Below are positions 19,852 to 29,193 of a stretch of DNA of 32,856 nt, piece by piece. The first letter of the stretch is position 1, and every line of letters begins with the position of its first letter. The DNA comes from Acetofilamentum sp. (GTDB lineage: Bacteria; Bacteroidota; Bacteroidia; Bacteroidales; JAFGUD01). The position numbers and the translations under genes are program-made. The stretch covers positions 1 to 32,856 of the forward strand of contig DYKL01000004.1 of assembly GCA_020722645.1 (NCBI GenBank). The letters run 5' to 3'. Under the pieces are notes generated by a model. It did no database searches. It saw only the letters and a program-made list of their open reading frames with translations, and had not been told where the DNA came from.

Positions 19852-19856
19852 ATAAA

Positions 19857-21359
19857 TTATTTTTTGTTAAATATTGTTTTTAATGACGACAAAGTTATAT
19901 TTTCATTTTTAAAAATGAAAATTATATATAACAAAATTAAAAAGTTATTTATAATTAATTTTAGATATATATTTGAAAGATTTATAAAATCAGTAATAAG
20001 ATACAAACCAAGCGGAATTGCAGTGTATAAAAAGATTTTAAAATAGTCATATTTAATTTTCATATATTTTCTACTCCAAATGAATGAAAAAACAACCATC
20101 ACAAAATAAGCAGCAAAGTTAGTCCAAGCCGCTCCGATATAACCGTATTTTGGAATTAAAAAATAATTTAAACTCAATGTAATAATTGCACCTGTCGAAA
20201 AAATGATAATACCATATTTTGTAACATCATTTAATTTATACCAAAACGAAAGCACAAAAAAGACACCAACCAATAATCTGCTTAAAAACAATGGCAGCAC
20301 AACATTTAAACCTTCAAAATATGTTTTGTTTATAAAATATTTTACAAAGTCCAAATTCATCATAACAGCCAAAAACATAAGAAAAGAAAAAATTATATAA
20401 TACTTCATTACATTTGCAAAAGCATCATACGAATCTTTATTTTTATGATAAGAAAAAAAGAAAGGTTCAGCAGCATATTTGAACGCCTGCACAAATAACA
20501 TCATAATGACAGCTAATTTGGCATTTGCACCATAAATGCCTAACTGATAAAGAACATATTCAGTTGCATTTTCAGTACCTTCCGGCACAACAGTCCAATA
20601 TTTTATTAAAATTCTGTCAGCCATTTCATTTACAGCACCGGTTAAGCCTGTAATTAGAAGCGGAAGTGAGTATATTAAAATTTGTTTCCAGATATGAAAG
20701 TCAAATTTAATTTTAATTTTGAATAAATCAGGAATAAAAATAATTAAAACTAAAATAGTTGCTATTAAATTAGAAATGAAAATATATCCGACACCATAAG
20801 CAGCATTGTATATATATTCGATAAAATTTATACCTTTTTCATATAAATACGGACACAGTATAAGGAAAAAAAGATTAAGAGCTATATTTACAGCAATATT
20901 TATAACTTTTATAATAGCAAATTTGAACGCTTTATTCTGTTGCCTTAAACGAGCAAAAAATATAGATGTAAAAACATCAACTGCTAAAATCAGTGAAAAT
21001 ATTAGAACATAGTCTCTGTTGTTTGGATAACCTATAAATGTTGAAACAGAAGAAGAAAAAATAAAAATAAGAAAGAGAAAAATGCTTGAAGTAGAAAATA
21101 CTGATGTTAAAACTGTTGAAAATACAGTATTTTTATCAATATTTTTTTGAGAAAATCTAAAAAAGCCGGTTTCCATACCATAAGTAAGAATTATTTGCAG
21201 AACTACCACATAAGCATAAAACTCAATAACAACTCCATATTGCTCAGGAGAGAAAGTGTACGTATAAAGAGGTACTAAAAGATAATTCAAAAAACGACCA
21301 ATTATACTACTTAAGCCGTAAACAGCTGTCTGCCCTGCTAATTTTTTTATAACTGACAT
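19857..21359 (-). CDS. Oligosaccharide flippase / polysaccharide biosynthesis protein (MOP superfamily)
   Basis: Many TM segments; [51 protein letters not shown]. Confidence 0.88.
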   Translation of the reverse strand: MSVIKKLAGQTAVYGLSSIIGRFLNYLLVPLYTYTFSPEQYGVVIEFYAYVVVLQIILTYGMETGFFRFSQKNIDKNTVFSTVLTSVFSTSSIFLFLIFIFSSSVSTFIGYPNNRDYVLIFSLILAVDVFTSIFFARLRQQNKAFKFAIIKVINIAVNIALNLFFLILCPYLYEKGINFIEYIYNAAYGVGYIFISNLIATILVLIIFIPDLFKIKIKFDFHIWKQILIYSLPLLITGLTGAVNEMADRILIKYWTVVPEGTENATEYVLYQLGIYGANAKLAVIMMLFVQAFKYAAEPFFFSYHKNKDSYDAFANVMKYYIIFSFLMFLAVMMNLDFVKYFINKTYFEGLNVVLPLFLSRLLVGVFFVLSFWYKLNDVTKYGIIIFSTGAIITLSLNYFLIPKYGYIGAAWTNFAAYFVMVVFSFIWSRKYMKIKYDYFKIFLYTAIPLGLYLITDFINLSNIYLKLIINNFLILLYIIFIFKNENITLSSLKTIFNKK

Positions 21360-21793
21360 TATTTATTTTTATATATCATTTTAAAATGCTTTTTACCAAA
21401 CTCAACAAAGTCAGTACCTGAAACATAAAAACCGATAAGTTTGAAAAAATCTATGGTTTCTTCAATAGAATGTAAATAAATAATTTTTTTTGATTTTAAA
21501 ACATCATCTAAAATATGTTTAACGAGCAAAAAGCCATATCCTAAATGTCTGTAATTGTTTAAAACAGAAACTCTTTCTATCTTAATGCCATAATCAGTTT
21601 CGCGCCAACGAGCAGTGGCTATAAATTTGCCGTCTATTGACAACAAAAAATGAACTGCATCAAAATCTAAACCGTCATAGTCCAAATTTTTGTCAATTTT
21701 TTGTTCGTTTGTGAATACTTCAAAACGAATTTGAATAGCCTTATTAAAAAGCTCATTATTAGATATTGAAAAAGACAGTAATTCTAAAAACAT
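21359..21793 (-). CDS. GNAT N-acetyltransferase (ElaA/YjcF-like)
   Basis: IRFEVFTNEQ, IATARWR, KIERVSVL..YRHLGYG acetyl-CoA motif. Confidence 0.85.
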   Translation of the reverse strand: MFLELLSFSISNNELFNKAIQIRFEVFTNEQKIDKNLDYDGLDFDAVHFLLSIDGKFIATARWRETDYGIKIERVSVLNNYRHLGYGFLLVKHILDDVLKSKKIIYLHSIEETIDFFKLIGFYVSGTDFVEFGKKHFKMIYKNK

Positions 21794-21887
21794 AAAAATA
21801 ATTTAAAAATTTTATGCAAAATAAACAATTTAAGAGTAAATCGGAAAATAGAAACTAAAAAAAAACGTTTATTTATAAAATATTAAA

Positions 21888-21895
21888 TAAATTTG
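21888..21895 (+). promoter_or_regulatory. Bacteroidota -7 element for the porin-family gene
   Basis: TAAATTTG, 24 nt before ATG 21920. Confidence 0.45.
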
Positions 21896-21919
21896 AAGCG
21901 AATTTGTAAAAGTAACAAA

Positions 21920-22603
21920 ATGAAAAAAATCCTGATATTTTTTAGTTTAATCTTATTTGCTTATATTTCTTTTAGTCAGGCAAATACCGGATTCACAATC
22001 GGAAGTAATTTTTCTACCTATACTGGCGATAGCACAACCCTTCCGTTCAATAATATAAAGCCAGGACTTAACACAGGAATATTTTGGGATATAAACAGCG
22101 GCTATAAAACTTATATTCAGATTGGCGGCTTTTATTCTCAGCAAGGAGCAAGATATAAACAAGAATATTTTACATTTGGTAACAAAGTAACATACCTTAT
22201 ACGACACAATGTTGATTATATAAATATTCCAATTTCGTGGAAGCAAATTTGGGGTGATTGGTTTACAATTTTAGGTTTGTACGGTGAATTTGCTATTGTT
22301 TCTAAATCAAAATGGACTGAAACTGATGAATACGCAGATACAATAATATACAAAGTAGGCGACTATCAAAGTTTTACAAATGAACTTAGAACTTTCGATG
22401 CAGGTATTAAACTTGCAATGGGTATTCAGGTTCCTATTTCCAGCCAAAATGATTTTACTCTTTCTGTAGCATATAATCACGGCTTTCTGTGTGTAAATCC
22501 GAATACAAACAGAGTAGAAAACAAAATGTTTAATCGTTTTTTTACAGTTAATTTGGGTATTATAATTAGCAGAAATAATTACAAGTATAAATCAAGAAGA
22601 TAA
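21920..22603 (+). CDS. Outer-membrane beta-barrel protein (PorT/OMP_b-brl_2-like)
   Basis: Signal peptide MKKILIFFSLILF; YSQQGA, DYINIP, YNHGF motifs; alternating beta-strand pattern. Start moved to ATG 21920. Confidence 0.75.
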   Translation: MKKILIFFSLILFAYISFSQANTGFTIGSNFSTYTGDSTTLPFNNIKPGLNTGIFWDINSGYKTYIQIGGFYSQQGARYKQEYFTFGNKVTYLIRHNVDYINIPISWKQIWGDWFTILGLYGEFAIVSKSKWTETDEYADTIIYKVGDYQSFTNELRTFDAGIKLAMGIQVPISSQNDFTLSVAYNHGFLCVNPNTNRVENKMFNRFFTVNLGIIISRNNYKYKSRR

Positions 22604-22608
22604 ATTTG

Positions 22609-23520
22609 ATGAAGAAATTTCTATTTTCTCTCTTATTTGTATTTTTATCAATGTCTGTATTTCCTCAATACAGACAATTTTCTCACCCTATATGGACTAT
22701 TGGAACAGCAAAAACCATTGGCAAAAAAGAAGTTCATCTTAACACCTTATTTTATTCTCAATACGGCTTAACAAAAAGAGTTGAAATACAATCAAAACCT
22801 TTATGGTGGATTAAATTTCCTAATCTTGGAGCAAAAATTAACTGGATATACAAAAAACCAACTCCAAATGCAGAGTTTATTAAACGAAAAGGAATAATAG
22901 TAAGTACAAAACATTTTGGCTTTTACCCTAACCCTCTTTTAAAATATGTACAAAATAATAATGTACATAATATTGATTTCGGAATCTCTTCATTTGATAA
23001 TTTTTTTGTGATAAAAAATGAACTTCTCATTTCATTAATTAACAGAAAAAACAAAGGTTGTACTTCAAAATTAAGTATTTATACTTTAAAATTCGGAAAT
23101 CAAAAGGCATTAAATAATTCTCAAAATTTAATTTTAACTGATAACTCTATGTTATTCAGACAAACAAGTATGCTTGGCGATTATTCTTTGTGGTATATTG
23201 GTTTTGACCTTGATTCAAAGTTAACATACGGTTTGAATTATTGCATTGATTTTGATGTTTACGCTGTTGGTCTGATAGTTTCTAATTGGGTATTTGAGCA
23301 TAAGAGTATTTTTTATTGGTATATGGGAACAAACAAAAGAATAAGACCATCAATCGGCTATCAGTTGTCTTATGCAAGCCATCCTGATGCCAAAATGTCT
23401 TTTATGCCATTGTTTGATTTAAGCTATTTATTAAAAATCAGCAAAAAAGGTAAGGATAATGATTTATTTGAAAAAGGTGTTTTAGAAGATATGTACGATG
23501 ACAGAAGCGAACTTTATTAA
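22609..23520 (+). CDS. Exported hypothetical protein, probably an outer-membrane beta-barrel
   Basis: Signal peptide; GTAKTI and YGLTKRVEI N-terminal motif; aromatic-rich amphipathic strands. Confidence 0.55.
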   Translation: MKKFLFSLLFVFLSMSVFPQYRQFSHPIWTIGTAKTIGKKEVHLNTLFYSQYGLTKRVEIQSKPLWWIKFPNLGAKINWIYKKPTPNAEFIKRKGIIVSTKHFGFYPNPLLKYVQNNNVHNIDFGISSFDNFFVIKNELLISLINRKNKGCTSKLSIYTLKFGNQKALNNSQNLILTDNSMLFRQTSMLGDYSLWYIGFDLDSKLTYGLNYCIDFDVYAVGLIVSNWVFEHKSIFYWYMGTNKRIRPSIGYQLSYASHPDAKMSFMPLFDLSYLLKISKKGKDNDLFEKGVLEDMYDDRSELY

Positions 23521-23887
23521 AAAAATATTAAAATTCAAATTTACATTTCTTTGGTCATTAATAATTCTCATTCTTTTATTATTACCCTCTGATAATATCC
23601 CTGACAGCAAATTTCAGATTCCTCAACTTGATAAATTTGTTCATTTTACACTGTTTTTTATTCTTTCAATTATTGAATCAATTGAAAAAAAAAATAATTC
23701 TTTTAAACTAAAATTTGTTTATTTACTTTTATTATCATTATTATTTGCAGTTTTTAGTGAACTTTCACAAAAAATATTTACTTCTTCAAGAAATTTTGAT
23801 GTTTTTGATATTATCTCAGATTTAGCAGGTATTATTGCAGGCTTTGGAATATATTTTATAATAATAAAGATACATCAAAAGGCTTAA
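23498..23887 (+). CDS. VanZ family membrane protein
   Basis: LDKFVHFTLF, SELSQ..SR.FDVFDIISDLAG; hydrophobic segments. Confidence 0.8.
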   Translation: MTEANFIKKILKFKFTFLWSLIILILLLLPSDNIPDSKFQIPQLDKFVHFTLFFILSIIESIEKKNNSFKLKFVYLLLLSLLFAVFSELSQKIFTSSRNFDVFDIISDLAGIIAGFGIYFIIIKIHQKA

Positions 23888-24296
23888 GCTTAGTTACTAT
23901 CTCATTTATTGTTAATTCTTTAAATACCTTATAAATTTGTTCAAGTATCGGATCTAACTTCATTCTAAACGGACAAACTTCTTTCATTTTAATGTCTTTT
24001 TTGCAAATTTGCAATCCGATTAAACATTCATTATACATTTCTAAACCATCGAATATTTCTACAATATCCAAAATACTTATTTTTGAAGGATTTTTTTGAA
24101 ATTTAATGCCACCTTGTATTCCTCTTTGCGAATAAAGGATTTTATGCTTTGTTAAATTAGAAATAATTTTGGTTAAAAAGGAATAAGAAATATTCAAATC
24201 TTTGGCTATCTGTTTAATGTTTACCAAAGAATCTTTTTGATTAAAAGCTATATAAATCAAAGCTCTGATAGCATATTTTGTAGTTGCTGAAAGCAT
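23856..24296 (-). CDS. Rrf2 family transcriptional regulator (three C-terminal Cys)
   Basis: KYAIRALIYIA, helix-turn-helix, SQRGIQGG wing, CLIGLQIC...CPF. Confidence 0.9.
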   Translation of the reverse strand: MLSATTKYAIRALIYIAFNQKDSLVNIKQIAKDLNISYSFLTKIISNLTKHKILYSQRGIQGGIKFQKNPSKISILDIVEIFDGLEMYNECLIGLQICKKDIKMKEVCPFRMKLDPILEQIYKVFKELTINEIVTKLKPFDVSLLL

Positions 24297-24305
24297 AATA
24301 ATAAT

Positions 24306-24740
24306 TTACAAAGGTATTTTATCTATTCGTTTTTGATGTCTTCCGCCTTCAAATCCGGTAGATAGAAAATTATCAACAATTTGTACAGCAGTCTCAAAGT
24401 CTATAAATCTTGCAGGTAAGGAACAAACATTAGCATCATTATGCAATCTTGCCAACTTTGCAATTTCGGGTGTCCAGCATAATGCTGAGCGAATAAGCTG
24501 ATGCTTATTTGCGGTCATATTTATTCCGTTACCGGAACCGCATAAAGATATGCCGAAATTGAATTCTTTTTGTTCAACAGCCTTAGCCATAGGATGTGCA
24601 AAATCAGGATAATCTGCACTTTCTTCGGAATAGCATCCGTAATCAAATAAACTGTATCCTTTACTTTTTAAATAATCTATAAGTTGTAATTTTAACTTGT
24701 AGCCAGCGTGGTCAGAGGATAACGCAATTTTAATCTTCAT
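24306..24740 (-). CDS. rpiB: Ribose-5-phosphate isomerase B
   Basis: SDHAG, DYPD, CGSGNG, ANK, HNDAN, FEGGRHQKRI. Confidence 0.97.
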   Translation of the reverse strand: MKIKIALSSDHAGYKLKLQLIDYLKSKGYSLFDYGCYSEESADYPDFAHPMAKAVEQKEFNFGISLCGSGNGINMTANKHQLIRSALCWTPEIAKLARLHNDANVCSLPARFIDFETAVQIVDNFLSTGFEGGRHQKRIDKIPL

Positions 24741-25585
24741 TTTATTATGCTTTTTTAAATAAATTATTTACAAATTTAATTATATTTGCGTTTTTAATTG
24801 AATTTTTTTGTAAAATATTTCTTTAATAATTTGAATTTACTGAAAAATAAATAATCAATAGTTCGGTATATTTTGAAGTAATTCGTTAATATTCAGCAAA
24901 TTGATTTTGTATGTGTAACAAATTAGTAGTTGATTGAAAATCAATAATTTGCTTCCTTCGTTATAACTCTGGATGACGCTAAATGAAAAATTAACGAATT
25001 ATTGAATAATAGTATCTTTTATTTATTATAATTGTTCTTATATGTTTTGTTCTTATTGTGAAAAATGATTGCTAAAAAGTAATGTAAATAACTGAATAAT
25101 AAAATGTTAAATTGCATTATCAACAATTATTTTTTGATGTAATTAAAACAAAAAGCATAGTTTTTGTTTTTAATTGTTTAATAATCAATAAAATACAATC
25201 TAATTTGAAATGTAAAATATTATTAACAATTTTGTTAATAAAAGTTCAAAAACTTAGAATAAGTTTCAAGTATTTTTAAAAAAATCAAAATTTGAATAAA
25301 TTAAAAATATTTTTACAAGTTACTTAACATTAATTTAACAAAAAATTTACATTGCTCATTCAACTATTTTTTCACAATTAAAAAAACAGTCTTAAATATT
25401 TAAAAACATAAATAGTTTATTTTCAGCAAAATAAATGATTACAATTAGTTAATAATATGTGGAAAAAAGTAAAGTTTTTTAATATCCAAGAAAAATTGAT
25501 TTTTTTTTTTCACTATATTAACAATCTATTATTATCATTATTTCTTTTAAATTAATTAATTTTTATTTATATTAATAATATAATT
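24741..25585. other. oriC: Predicted chromosomal replication origin (oriC)
   Basis: Longest intergenic region, extremely AT-rich, at the gene-orientation switch. TTWTNCACA matches at 25057-25065(-), 25368-25376(+), 25458-25466(-). One-mismatch boxes at 24764, 25083, 25117, 25220, 25233, 25506. Trio array 25526-25540; A/T-only run 25545-25585; parS pair and mnmG nearby. Confidence 0.8.
24771..24788. promoter_or_regulatory. Back-to-back -7 elements: one for rpiB (minus), one facing into the origin (plus)
   Basis: TAAATTTG on minus at 24771-24778; TATATTTG (followed by CG) on plus at 24781-24788. Confidence 0.55.
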
Positions 25586-26530
25586 ATGGTTGATAACATA
25601 AAAAATGAAATTTTAAATTTAAAAAATAAAAAAAATGCAATAATATTAGCACACTTTTATGTTGATGACGATATTCAGGATATTGCAGATTTTGTTGGAG
25701 ATAGTCTTGAGCTGTCAAGAAAAGCTTCTTTAACTGATGCCGAAATTATTGTTTTTGCAGGAGTTCATTTTATGGCTGAAACTGCAAAAATTTTATCTCC
25801 TCATAAAAGAGTTCTGATACCTGATATAAATTCAGGATGTCCGTTGGCAGACAGTATGAATATAAATGAGTTCCTAAAATTTAAAGAAAAATATCCCGAT
25901 TATTTTGTTGTTAATTATGTAAATAGTACTGCTGAAATCAAAGCCGTAAGCGATTTAATATGCACATCTTCAAATGCTGTTGCTTTAATAAAATCGTTAC
26001 CCAAAGAAACAAAAATTCTTTTCGGACCTGATAAAAATCTAGGTTCTTATGTAAAATCATTTGTAGAAAATGAAATTGTATTATGGGACGGAAATTGTCC
26101 GGTTCACGAAAATTTTTCTGCTGAAAAACTGAAACTTTTGAAAAAACAATATCCTTCAGTTAAAGTATTAGCACACCCTGAGGCTAACAAAGATGTTCTT
26201 TTAAAATCCGATTTTATTGGCTCTACATCACAAATTTTGAAATTTGTCGAAAATAGCGACAATAAACAATTTATTATTGCAACTGAGCCGGGAGTTATTC
26301 ACAAAATGAAAGAAATTAAACCCGATAATTTATATATACCGCTTCCTCCTATCACAAAACATAGTCAAAGTATTTGCTATAATATGAAAAAGCATACCAT
26401 AGAAAAAGTTTATTATTCTTTAAAAAACGAGCAACACGAAATTATTATGAAAGATGACTTGATTGAAAAAGCTAAAATACCAATAACAAGAATGATTGAT
26501 ATATCTTTAAAGTTAGAATTAATAAAATAA
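25586..26530 (+). CDS. nadA: Quinolinate synthase A
   Basis: ILAHFY, GDSLEL, GVHFMAETAKIL, YVNS, AHPE; three Fe-S cysteines in GCPLAD, NCPVHE, ICYNMK. Confidence 0.96.
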   Translation: MVDNIKNEILNLKNKKNAIILAHFYVDDDIQDIADFVGDSLELSRKASLTDAEIIVFAGVHFMAETAKILSPHKRVLIPDINSGCPLADSMNINEFLKFKEKYPDYFVVNYVNSTAEIKAVSDLICTSSNAVALIKSLPKETKILFGPDKNLGSYVKSFVENEIVLWDGNCPVHENFSAEKLKLLKKQYPSVKVLAHPEANKDVLLKSDFIGSTSQILKFVENSDNKQFIIATEPGVIHKMKEIKPDNLYIPLPPITKHSQSICYNMKKHTIEKVYYSLKNEQHEIIMKDDLIEKAKIPITRMIDISLKLELIK

Positions 26531-26552
26531 CATCTGAACAAAACCTCTAAAT

Positions 26553-28106
26553 ATGCGATATCCATTAAAATATTGTTTCTTAATGTCTTTGTTCTTGATT
26601 ACCAATAATTTATATAGTCAGGAAAAAGAAGTAAATCCAAACGGATACAATGTTTTTTACTATCCAAACGGATTCAAGCTCAGCGAAGGTAATTTCAAAG
26701 ATGGTAAACCTGACGGTTATTGGATAACTTATTACGTAAACGGAAACAAAAAATCGGAGGGTAACAGAAAGAACTTTTTGCTTGACAGTGCCTGGATTTT
26801 TTATTCTGAAAACGGAGATACTACAGAAATAATAAATTATAAAGAAAATCAAAAAAACGGTTTCTATTTTAAATTCGAAAAAAGCGATGATGGGGTAAAT
26901 TATTTAGCTTCAAAAGAACTTTATATTGATGATTTGAAACAAGGTTTTTCTTATTATTACTACCCTTCGCATAAATTACATTATCAGATAAAATATGAGA
27001 ATAACAATAAGCACGGTTCTGCAAATGAATATTCCGAAGACGGGACTTTGATTGCTATAGAAGAATACAGATACAATAATCTTGTAAGCCGTAAAGCAGT
27101 GAACAGAAAGGATAATGAAGGACAAAAAACAGGTACTTGGGTAGAAGTTTTTGACAATGGAAAAATAAAATCTGAAATTAATTTTGTTAGTGGTATGCCT
27201 AATGGCAATTATAAAGAGTATTCGCCGACAGGTAAAGTATTGAAAATTGAACAGTTTGAAAACGGTAAAGTTGTAAATTCATTTGACAAAATAAAATATG
27301 ATACATTGCAAAGTGCTAACATAAAAGTAGATAAAGAGTATTATCCTAACGGAAACATTAAATCAATAAAAAACTATAAAGACAGCATTCCTTTTGGTAA
27401 TCATCTTTTTTATGATAAAGATGGAAAAATCGAAAAAGCAATTTCTTACAACGAATACGGTATAAAATCAGGCGAAGGGCTTTTTGACGACAAAATGAAC
27501 AAACAAGGTAAATGGATTTTCTTTTATGATGATGGCAACATTAAAGCCGAAGGCGAATATGTGGACGATAAAAGAGAAAATCAGTGGATTTTTTATTATC
27601 AAAACGGAGTTATTTATCAGAAAGGTAATTACAAAAACGGTTTACCCGAAGGATTGTGGCAACTTTTTTACGAAAATTCAAATTTATGGCGTTCCGAAAA
27701 ATATTTGTTCGGAATCAGAAATGGAATGATGTATGAACTTTCACCGGCAGGCGATACAATTGTAAAAGGTAAATACGAAGAAGGAGATGAAACAGGCGAA
27801 TGGTATTATAAAATTGGCGATGAATACTCAATCGGTAATTATTTTTTTGGGCAGAAAACTGGTGAGTGGAAGACTTATTATTATCCGCAGATGAGAATTA
27901 AATCTGTTATTGAATATTCTGAAGGTAAAATGAACGGAAAATATGTTTTATATTACCCGAACAAAAAATTACAGACACAGGGAAAATATAAATCTAACGA
28001 AAAAGATTCAAAGTGGACATATTTTTACGAAGACGGCACACTAAATTATACTGTTTTATATAGCTACGGCGAAATTTTAAAAGTTAATGATATACCAATC
28101 AAATAA
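26553..28106 (+). CDS. Exported MORN-variant repeat protein (YwqK-like repeats)
   Basis: Signal peptide; many approximately 23-aa repeats of the form G.W..YY.NG..K.EG.Y. Confidence 0.85.
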   Translation: MRYPLKYCFLMSLFLITNNLYSQEKEVNPNGYNVFYYPNGFKLSEGNFKDGKPDGYWITYYVNGNKKSEGNRKNFLLDSAWIFYSENGDTTEIINYKENQKNGFYFKFEKSDDGVNYLASKELYIDDLKQGFSYYYYPSHKLHYQIKYENNNKHGSANEYSEDGTLIAIEEYRYNNLVSRKAVNRKDNEGQKTGTWVEVFDNGKIKSEINFVSGMPNGNYKEYSPTGKVLKIEQFENGKVVNSFDKIKYDTLQSANIKVDKEYYPNGNIKSIKNYKDSIPFGNHLFYDKDGKIEKAISYNEYGIKSGEGLFDDKMNKQGKWIFFYDDGNIKAEGEYVDDKRENQWIFYYQNGVIYQKGNYKNGLPEGLWQLFYENSNLWRSEKYLFGIRNGMMYELSPAGDTIVKGKYEEGDETGEWYYKIGDEYSIGNYFFGQKTGEWKTYYYPQMRIKSVIEYSEGKMNGKYVLYYPNKKLQTQGKYKSNEKDSKWTYFYEDGTLNYTVLYSYGEILKVNDIPIK

Positions 28107-28112
28107 TTTGCA

Positions 28113-29129
28113 ATGGACATAAGAAAACCGGAAATAAACATCACTGATTTGGATTTTGAGAACAAATTGAGACCTCAGCAGTTCAAAGATTTTCAGGGAC
28201 AGCAGAAAAATGTTGATAATTTGTTAATATTTGTTCAAGCTGCAAAAATGAGAAATGAAGCGCTTGACCACGTTCTTTTACACGGTCCTCCGGGATTAGG
28301 TAAAACTACTTTATCTAATATTATTTCAAATGAACTTGGAGTCAAAATAAAAATCACTTCTGGTCCTGTTCTTGAAAAACCCGCTGATTTAGCAGGGCTT
28401 CTTACAAATTTAGACGAGCGAGATGTTCTTTTTATTGATGAAATTCATCGTCTTTCACCTGTTGTCGAAGAATATTTGTACTCGGCAATGGAAGACTACA
28501 AAATTGACATTATGATTGATAAAGGTCCTAATGCTCGTTCTATTCAGTTGAACTTAAGCCCTTTTACTTTAATAGGTGCGACAACAAGAGCCGGATTATT
28601 GACAAGCCCTCTCAGAGCAAGGTTTGGAATTAAACTGCTTTTGGAATATTACGACTACGAAGTTCTTTCTAATATAATCACACGTTCATCAAAAATTTTA
28701 AATATTGATATTGTAAAAGAAGCCTCCGACGAAATTGCTCGCAGAAGCAGAGGAACGCCACGTATTGCTAATGCTTTGCTCAGAAGAGTAAGAGATTTTG
28801 CACAAGTTAAAGGTGACGGCAGTATTGATTTGAAAATTACTAAATATGCCTTAGATGCTTTAAATATTGATAAAAAAGGTCTTGATGAGATGGACAATAA
28901 AATTTTAACTGCAATTATTGATAAATTCAAAGGCGGACCAGTTGGTCTTACAACTATTGCCACTGCTGTTGGTGAAGAAGCCGGCACTATTGAAGAGGTT
29001 TATGAACCTTTTTTGATTATGGAAGGTTTTATCAAAAGAACTCCAAGAGGTAGGATGACTACTGAATTAGCTCTGAAACATCTTGGTAAAACTTTAACTG
29101 ATTTTGATAATTTTCCTTCTATTTTTTAA
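28113..29129 (+). CDS. ruvB: Holliday junction branch migration DNA helicase RuvB
   Basis: [50 protein letters not shown]. Confidence 0.98.
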   Translation: MDIRKPEINITDLDFENKLRPQQFKDFQGQQKNVDNLLIFVQAAKMRNEALDHVLLHGPPGLGKTTLSNIISNELGVKIKITSGPVLEKPADLAGLLTNLDERDVLFIDEIHRLSPVVEEYLYSAMEDYKIDIMIDKGPNARSIQLNLSPFTLIGATTRAGLLTSPLRARFGIKLLLEYYDYEVLSNIITRSSKILNIDIVKEASDEIARRSRGTPRIANALLRRVRDFAQVKGDGSIDLKITKYALDALNIDKKGLDEMDNKILTAIIDKFKGGPVGLTTIATAVGEEAGTIEEVYEPFLIMEGFIKRTPRGRMTTELALKHLGKTLTDFDNFPSIF

Positions 29130-29193
29130 TTTTTTATAAATTTACAGAATTTTAAAATTATAAAAAGTTTACAAATTCATTTTATTATAAATT

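Noticed and set aside
18416-21793. Flippase + nucleotidyltransferase + GNAT as a capsule/O-antigen locus
   Set aside because: No glycosyltransferases, polymerase or chain-length genes; this arrangement around dut looks like core Bacteroidota synteny
24939-24951. Exact match to the E. coli IHF consensus WATCAAnnnnTTR (AATCAATAATTTG) in the origin
   Set aside because: Easily arises by chance in such AT-rich DNA, and IHF specificity in Bacteroidota is not established to my knowledge
25380-25585. Possible NAD-sensing riboswitch upstream of nadA
   Set aside because: The region is almost purely A/T with no stable stems or recognisable aptamer; it is better explained as origin elements
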